DNA of 32,000 bases from Vibrio vulnificus CMCP6 (GTDB taxonomy: Bacteria; Pseudomonadota; Gammaproteobacteria; Enterobacterales; Vibrionaceae), in NCBI RefSeq assembly GCF_000039765.1, contig NC_004460.2, positions 150,001-182,000 on the forward strand, read 5' to 3'. The position numbers were made by a program, and so were the translations under genes. The notes under the pieces are model-generated. The model saw nothing but the letters and a program-made list of their open reading frames with translations. It did not search any database and was not told where the DNA came from. Shown here in pieces: positions 26,714-32,000 of the stretch. Within the stretch, counting starts at the first letter, position 1. Every line of letters starts with the position of its first letter.

Positions 26714-28050
26714 TGATGTACGCCAAATTTGCTACTCCGTTTCCACATAAGTGGCTAATGGCGATGTTTCTCACCCTTTCTAGCCTAGTGCTGAGTGCGA
26801 CAACGTGTGCGCAGGATATTGAGGATTTGCAGCGTAGCAACCATGTTGAGCTTTTGGCTTGGGTTGGCCAGCCGCCGAAGGCGCAGGAGACGAAAACGCT
26901 TCCCGTGTTCAGCGTTAATGAGCAGGTGATTTTGACTATCGAAGTCGCGACACCACGCTGGTTCACCGCGGGCACTCGCATCGGTCACGTTGAAATTCCC
27001 AACGTCATCGCCAAGCAACGTAATCCGTTGGCAACCAACTATACCGAGCGTAAGGACGGCCATACGTGGTCGCGTCAGCGCTGGGAAATCACGCTTTACC
27101 CGCAGGCGTCGGGGCGCTTTGTCGTTCCTCCCATTGCGGTGAGCGTACAAGTCTCTGCGCCCAATGGAGAAAACGTCTCGGGCACGCTCTACACTGCGCC
27201 GATTTCGTTTGACGCTTCTATGCCTTCAGGATTGATACAGCCACAATCGGCTTGGTTTAGTGCCAGTGACGTTGAGGTGGAGCAGCAATGGCAAACCTCC
27301 TCTGTGCCGTTGAAAGTCGGGGATGCCATAACCAGAACCATCACCATTCGCGCCAAAGATAGCCTTTCTGTGTTGCTCCCCAAACTCCTCAGCAACGAAT
27401 CCACGCCTCGCTATCAAGCGTATCCTCAACCCAATCGTCTTGAGGATACCCAAATAAGGGGTGACTATCGTTCGAGTCGCACAGAAGAAACGGTGTATGT
27501 GATTCAGCAAGGTGGGGATTTGAGCTTACCTGATCGCCAATTTCAGTGGTGGAACAGTGATAGCCAGACGCTGGAGACAGTAGTGATTGAAGGCAACACC
27601 TTTCATGCGAAACATACGTTTCAGTCGTTTATCCGTGCCTACTCAAAGTGGCTTGTCGCAGGCGGATTATTCCTGTTCACCTTTATGGCAGTGATCGTTA
27701 TGGTGAAACGCCATTATCGTTCGCGGCCATTGCCGACGTGGTTGGTGTTTCGCCGTTTGCTTAAAGCCAAGCGTTGGCCGGCGGTTCGGGCATTGTTGTA
27801 CAAGCAGTTACGAGTCAATGATGGCGAGTTGCAGATCGCTAAAGCGCATAATTCAACACCTTGGCAACAGAGCACGGCGCAGTTTCATCAAGGTGTAGAA
27901 GACGTTTCTCTGATGAAGCAGCTTTGGCAAGGCGTACAAGCAAAGTCACGAGGTTACTGGCGTATTTCTTTGCCCAAGGCATTGCCTAATTTGCACCGCC
28001 AGCAGCAGGCGAAAAATAATCAAGCGAAAAAGAATGGGCAGAAATCATAG
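26710..28050 (+). CDS. BatD-like protein
   Basis: Signal peptide, then VNEQVILTIEVATPRW, then IRAKDSLSVLLPKL. Typical BatD layout with a C-terminal transmembrane segment; last gene of the module. Confidence 0.85.
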   Translation: MMMYAKFATPFPHKWLMAMFLTLSSLVLSATTCAQDIEDLQRSNHVELLAWVGQPPKAQETKTLPVFSVNEQVILTIEVATPRWFTAGTRIGHVEIPNVIAKQRNPLATNYTERKDGHTWSRQRWEITLYPQASGRFVVPPIAVSVQVSAPNGENVSGTLYTAPISFDASMPSGLIQPQSAWFSASDVEVEQQWQTSSVPLKVGDAITRTITIRAKDSLSVLLPKLLSNESTPRYQAYPQPNRLEDTQIRGDYRSSRTEETVYVIQQGGDLSLPDRQFQWWNSDSQTLETVVIEGNTFHAKHTFQSFIRAYSKWLVAGGLFLFTFMAVIVMVKRHYRSRPLPTWLVFRRLLKAKRWPAVRALLYKQLRVNDGELQIAKAHNSTPWQQSTAQFHQGVEDVSLMKQLWQGVQAKSRGYWRISLPKALPNLHRQQQAKNNQAKKNGQKS

Positions 28051-28284
28051 CAACAGAATAGGAATCGTCGCACTCCGTTATCGCTTTTAACGATTGTTTT
28101 TAAGAATCGCTTTCAACTGCACGGCCTTGTCGAGTGGACCCTAGCGGAGATGGGCTCAGTTTGGGTCAATGACGGGTTAAATCTCGCTAAAATGCGTTCT
28201 GTCACTAACTTTTACAGCACGCTCATCGTGCCATGGCGTGGGGTTGGGTAAAATTGGGCCATTCGTTTGTGTTCCCGGTTTGCC

Positions 28285-29190
28285 ATGAAAAATACCGATT
28301 TGAATCTCATCCCCATTTTTGTTGCGATTTTTGAAGAGCAGAATCTCTCGAAAGCGGCGGCGCGTTTGGATATTAGCCAGCCTGCGGTGAGCAAAGCGCT
28401 GGCACGTTTGCGTGATATTTACGATGAGCCGTTGTTTCACCGCAGCCCATCTGGCGTAGAGCCCACCAGTTTCGCCGTGGACATTTATCCAGCAATGCTG
28501 ACCGCATTTAAAAACTTCACCTCGACCTTATCCGCATCCAGTGAATTTGAAGCCAAAGTGTCCAATCGGATTTTCTCGATTGCTTGTGTTTCGGTCGCCA
28601 GTTACGAGTTGATGCCACAGCTTTTGAAGCAAATTCGTCAGCACGCGCCCAATATCTCCTTGGAAGTGCACCCCCTGTTTACGGAAGATTACGAAAGTGA
28701 CTTGCGGTTGCAGCGTTATGATTTGATCATCGACATGGCGCCAAGAGGGTGGACGACCTTAAAAGTGGAGCCCATTTTTTCCGAACGATTAATGGTGGTC
28801 TGCTGTGCGGATCATCCACGTATTGCTGACGCGTGTTCCGTCGCGCAGTTTTTGGCAGAAGAGCATGTGGTGGTTTCACGCTGGCACGCGCGCAAAAGCT
28901 TAATGAGTGAAGAAGATATTGCCGATTTAGCGCAACGAAAAATTGCCTATCGTGCGTCCGGGGCATTGGAAATGTTACCCGTTATCCACGGCAGTGAGTA
29001 CATTGGTATGTTGCCGGAGTCGACCATCAATGCCTTTGCCGGGACCTACAACATCAAAGCGGTGTCTCTGCCTTTTGATCACGATGTTTACGATTTATGT
29101 GCGATTTGGCATCCAAGCCGCAGCAGCGAAAGTGCGCATCAATGGCTGCGAAATCAACTCAAAGCGGCAGTTAAGGTGTTGAAACGATAG
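28285..29190 (+). CDS. LysR-family transcriptional regulator
   Basis: MKNTDLNLIPIFVAIFEEQNLSKAAARLDISQPAVSKALARLRDIYDEPLFHRSPSGVEPT. The ORF-track start at 28267 is TTG; ATG 28285 is preferred. Confidence 0.93.
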   Translation: MKNTDLNLIPIFVAIFEEQNLSKAAARLDISQPAVSKALARLRDIYDEPLFHRSPSGVEPTSFAVDIYPAMLTAFKNFTSTLSASSEFEAKVSNRIFSIACVSVASYELMPQLLKQIRQHAPNISLEVHPLFTEDYESDLRLQRYDLIIDMAPRGWTTLKVEPIFSERLMVVCCADHPRIADACSVAQFLAEEHVVVSRWHARKSLMSEEDIADLAQRKIAYRASGALEMLPVIHGSEYIGMLPESTINAFAGTYNIKAVSLPFDHDVYDLCAIWHPSRSSESAHQWLRNQLKAAVKVLKR

Positions 29191-29197
29191 TAAATAG

Positions 29198-29233
29198 AAA
29201 AACGGCAGTGATGAAACCATCTCTGCCGTTTTT
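29198..29233. terminator. Bidirectional terminator between convergent genes
   Basis: AAAAACGGCAG (29198-29208) / CTGCCGTTTTT (29223-29233), a perfect 11-bp inverted repeat. Confidence 0.85.
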
Positions 29234-29269
29234 GTGCCTGTTTGCATGGCGCGCTTAAGGCGTTGCCAC

Positions 29270-30970
29270 CTATCTCACCACCTCTCTCACTACCTCACTG
29301 AGCACTTGACCAGTCGCCCCACTGGGCTGGGTAATACCAAGCTTATTGGATAAGGTTGGCGCCACGTCATACGGAGTGATCGCTCGAGAAACGCGCTGCG
29401 CGTTCACATCATAGCCGGCAAAAATCACGGGCACATGCGTGTCATAACGCCATGGCGAACCGTGCGTCGATGCAATGGTTAAGCCGTCCATATCATTGAT
29501 GTAGCTACGAGCGCCAAAAACCAAATAGATATCGCCCGAGCGTTGTGGGTGATAGTTGTTTTTGATCAACTTCGTTATGCGGCTATCCACGACTCGATTG
29601 TTTTCGATGTCGCTGCTGGTGATGGCGTAAGCAACCCCTTCCACCTTCGAGACTTCTTCAGCGATCAGCGCTTGCACATCCGCTAAACTTGCCTTGCTCT
29701 TGGCAATCACCTCATGGTTAAGGTAGATGTAAGGCTGCGCGTAGAGGCGAATGGCGTCTTTACTTAAACCAAATTCTTGCTTTAAACGCTGCTCTATTTG
29801 GGTTGAGAACAGTGTCTTTTGGTCGAAATACTGCGCTTGGCGCAAGCCAATTTGACGAGCATTCGGTGATGCTTCGGGCACGCCATGGTCAGCGGAGAGA
29901 ACAATCAGCGTATTGTCCAATCCTACCTGCTTATCCACTGCGTCAAACAACTTCGCTAAGGTGCGATCAAGCCGGATCAAGTTATCTTCGGTTTCCAGAC
30001 TGTTAGGACCGTACATGTGAATCACATAATCGTTTGACGAAAAACTCACCGCAAGATAATCGGTGGTGTCGCCCTTACCTAATTGCTCTTTCTCCAACAC
30101 TCGTTGTGCGAAGTTGGCCGTGATCTCATCACCCGCCGGGCTCAAGGTCAGCATGGTGGAAAAATACTTAAAGCTGGCTGGGCCATAAGGGTGGGGGAAA
30201 GTGCGGGCAAAACCAGCAAGGTCCACCTTATGTTCTTGGCTGATTTCTTGGAGTGTGTAGCGTTCTTGCGGCAGAGTGAGTGACCATTTTTGACCTGAGT
30301 ATTGTGCGGGAATTTTCTCGGCATTCCAGTGAGTCACCCATTGTGGTGTCTGGTCATAATAATAGTTGCTGGTGACAAATTCTGAGGTTGCTTTGGAAAA
30401 CCAAAACGCTTTGCCAGCATGGCCACCCAATGAAATTGCGCCTCTGTCTTTGACGGAGACCGAAAACACCTTAGCTTTGCCGTTGGAAGAGAGCGCCAGT
30501 TCATCACTAAACGTCGTCGTCAAAATGGGTTGTGGTGAGCGGCCATCTTTCAGCGCGGTTTTTTGAGTTGGGTCGATTTCGGTCGCTTTGTTGACACCAG
30601 CATGGCTATTGAGCATGGCGTAGTTTTCATCTTCGACATTGTAAACAAGGCGCTCTTTCTGTCTGTCGTACCATACATTGCCAACCATACCGTGAACCGA
30701 CGGCGGCGCGCCAGTTGCTAGCGACACATGACCGACGATGGTTTCGGTATTGCCGTGCTGATAGTGCGCATTGGTGTAATAGACCCCTTCATCCATCAAA
30801 TAGCGAAAGCCTTTTTCCGCGAAGTTATGCTTGTATCGGTCGAGTAAATCGCCACGCAATCCATCAACGGTAATTTGCAATACTAAGGCTGGCTTTTCGG
30901 TTGCTGCCGCGATTGCATTGGGGGTGAAAGCGCAAAGTAGCGATGCGCCAGTGAGCCAAACTGCTTTCAT
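29270..30970 (-). CDS. Alkaline-phosphatase-superfamily protein, type I phosphodiesterase/PafA-like
   Basis: Signal peptide, LQITVDGLRGDL, candidate Thr-nucleophile region HYQHGNTETIVGHVSLATGAPPSVHGMVGNVWYDR, and LIVLSADHGVPEASP. Confidence 0.88.
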   Translation of the reverse strand: MKAVWLTGASLLCAFTPNAIAAATEKPALVLQITVDGLRGDLLDRYKHNFAEKGFRYLMDEGVYYTNAHYQHGNTETIVGHVSLATGAPPSVHGMVGNVWYDRQKERLVYNVEDENYAMLNSHAGVNKATEIDPTQKTALKDGRSPQPILTTTFSDELALSSNGKAKVFSVSVKDRGAISLGGHAGKAFWFSKATSEFVTSNYYYDQTPQWVTHWNAEKIPAQYSGQKWSLTLPQERYTLQEISQEHKVDLAGFARTFPHPYGPASFKYFSTMLTLSPAGDEITANFAQRVLEKEQLGKGDTTDYLAVSFSSNDYVIHMYGPNSLETEDNLIRLDRTLAKLFDAVDKQVGLDNTLIVLSADHGVPEASPNARQIGLRQAQYFDQKTLFSTQIEQRLKQEFGLSKDAIRLYAQPYIYLNHEVIAKSKASLADVQALIAEEVSKVEGVAYAITSSDIENNRVVDSRITKLIKNNYHPQRSGDIYLVFGARSYINDMDGLTIASTHGSPWRYDTHVPVIFAGYDVNAQRVSRAITPYDVAPTLSNKLGITQPSGATGQVLSEVVREVVR

Positions 30971-30994
30971 TGTCGTCCTCTTTGATGTTGTCGA

Positions 30995-31780
30995 TCAATC
31001 AATGTCTTTTGCCAGTCTTAGGCCCATATCGGCCATGCGTATCGATTGACTGGCGAAATCACGTCGGAAGTTTTCCGATTCGTCTGCGGCGTAAGAGAAG
31101 CTGCCGCCGCGAACGGATTTATGCGCCAAGCCCGCCGTTTCTTCTTTGGCATTACTTGGGTTGTGGCTTGGGGCGTATGTGTAGTAACCCGCGTCAAAAG
31201 CATCGATGACAAATTCCCCCACGTTGCCCGTCATGTCATAGAGTCCGAGCTCATTGGGTTGCTTTAATCCCACCGGATGAGCTTGGTTATTGGCATTACT
31301 CGCATACCAAGCCACCTCATCAATGTTGTTCGAGCCTGCGTACGTGAACCCTTGACTATGCACGCCACCGCGAGCGGCGAACTCCCATTCAGCTTCCGTC
31401 GGTAAGCGGTAGTGCTCGCCTGTCAGGGTGTTCAAGCGTTCAATAAAGTAGTTCGCTTGCTGCCAACTTAAGTTGTTGACGGGAACGTTTGGATTTGGGA
31501 AATAGCTCAGTGAAGAACCCATCACCGATTCAAATAGCGCTTGAGTGACTTCGAATTTGGCAAGGTAAAAACTATCCACTGTCACTGGATGCGCAGGGGT
31601 TTCAGAGTTCTTTGCACTGGGATGTTCAGAACCCATCTCAAAAGTGCCGCCTTCGACCAACACCATATCTTGGTTAATGGCCATGGCGACGGGATGGGGC
31701 GTTGAGCTACAGCCGTTGGCCAGCAAAGCCACCGTGAGAGGAAATAGGGGAAAAAGCCAGTGACGAGGCGATAAAGTCAT
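30995..31780 (-). CDS. FGE/SUMF1-fold lipoprotein lacking catalytic cysteines
   Basis: Lipobox LLANGC; FGE-family motifs MVLVEGGTFEMGS, VNNLSWQQANYFIERLN, YRLPTEAEWEFAARGG, LGLYDMTGNVGEFV, SVRGGSFSY, MGLRL. No Cys after the lipobox Cys. Confidence 0.9.
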   Translation of the reverse strand: MTLSPRHWLFPLFPLTVALLANGCSSTPHPVAMAINQDMVLVEGGTFEMGSEHPSAKNSETPAHPVTVDSFYLAKFEVTQALFESVMGSSLSYFPNPNVPVNNLSWQQANYFIERLNTLTGEHYRLPTEAEWEFAARGGVHSQGFTYAGSNNIDEVAWYASNANNQAHPVGLKQPNELGLYDMTGNVGEFVIDAFDAGYYTYAPSHNPSNAKEETAGLAHKSVRGGSFSYAADESENFRRDFASQSIRMADMGLRLAKDID

Positions 31781-31946
31781 CCGAAATGCTCCTTAAGTCA
31801 GCGAGCTTCCAGCTTACGCATTGTTGCCATGAAAAAAGGTTATAACGGGTATAACAAGCCCTTGTTCGGAAAGCCTTTTAAGATGCATTTATCGATATTT
31901 TCTTCAAACAAGACTTGGCGCTCAGCGCGAAGAAATAAGGTGAATT

Positions 31947-32000
31947 ATGCAGATTACTCAGGGCCCACAGTTTAATGGTAAAGCATCAAAGCGTTTACAC
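31947..32000 (+). CDS. 5' fragment of a CDS running off the window
   Basis: ATG 31947 preceded by AAGG; open to the window end (MQITQGPQFNGKASKRLH). Confidence 0.4.
   Translation, partial: MQITQGPQFNGKASKRLH

Noticed and set aside
21391-28050. MoxR/VWA genes as an anti-phage defence system
   Set aside because: MoxR-VWA pairs do occur in defence loci. Here the complete DUF58, DUF4381, double VWA and BatD set is present, with no nuclease, protease or other effector and no mobile context, so a Bat-type operon is the better reading.
28076-28092. CGTTA-TCGCTTT-TAACG inverted repeat after batD as a terminator or operator
   Set aside because: The stem is only 5 bp in an AT-rich gap, and a T run follows only after several other bases. 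Insufficient support for either role.
30995-31780. Bona fide formylglycine-generating enzyme
   Set aside because: The family fold is present but no catalytic cysteines remain. Maturation is better assigned to the radical SAM enzyme at 19981-21285.
1-32000. CRISPR arrays, integron cassettes, transposons, prophage or tRNA genes
   Set aside because: I saw no regularly spaced repeats, integrase or transposase-like ORFs, attC-like ends or tRNA cloverleaf on reading. A dedicated scan (tRNAscan-SE, CRISPR finder, ISfinder) would be the decisive test.

Overview
This looks like an ordinary gammaproteobacterial chromosomal window, most likely Vibrionaceae. That lineage call rests on recognised protein sequences only; I made no database search. 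From left to right it holds: two small hypothetical genes; a GAF/degenerate-GGDEF/EAL protein (minus); an unusually long, T/G-rich gap of about 800 bp; a 1162-aa Ig-like (Big_2-type) lipoprotein; a PstS-like phosphate-binding protein (minus); a small DUF3024-like protein; an AraC-family regulator (minus); rnb (minus) divergent from a deaD/csdA-type helicase with an RGG-like repeat tail; and a stand-alone ackA. The most interesting part is 15.5-31.8 kb, a sulfatase and maturation neighbourhood. It contains a Cys-type sulfatase (minus), a LysR regulator (minus), a paralogous Ser-type sulfatase (plus), an anaerobic sulfatase-maturating radical SAM enzyme, a six-gene MoxR/DUF58/DUF4381/VWA/VWA-TPR/BatD operon, a second LysR regulator, and a minus-strand pair of an FGE-fold lipoprotein with no cysteine after its lipobox and a PafA/NPP-type alkaline-phosphatase-superfamily enzyme. 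Two perfect ATAAC-N5-GTTAT palindromes with T-N11-A geometry lie upstream of the Cys-type sulfatase and the moxR operon. I see no CRISPR array, tRNA, rRNA or mobile element.
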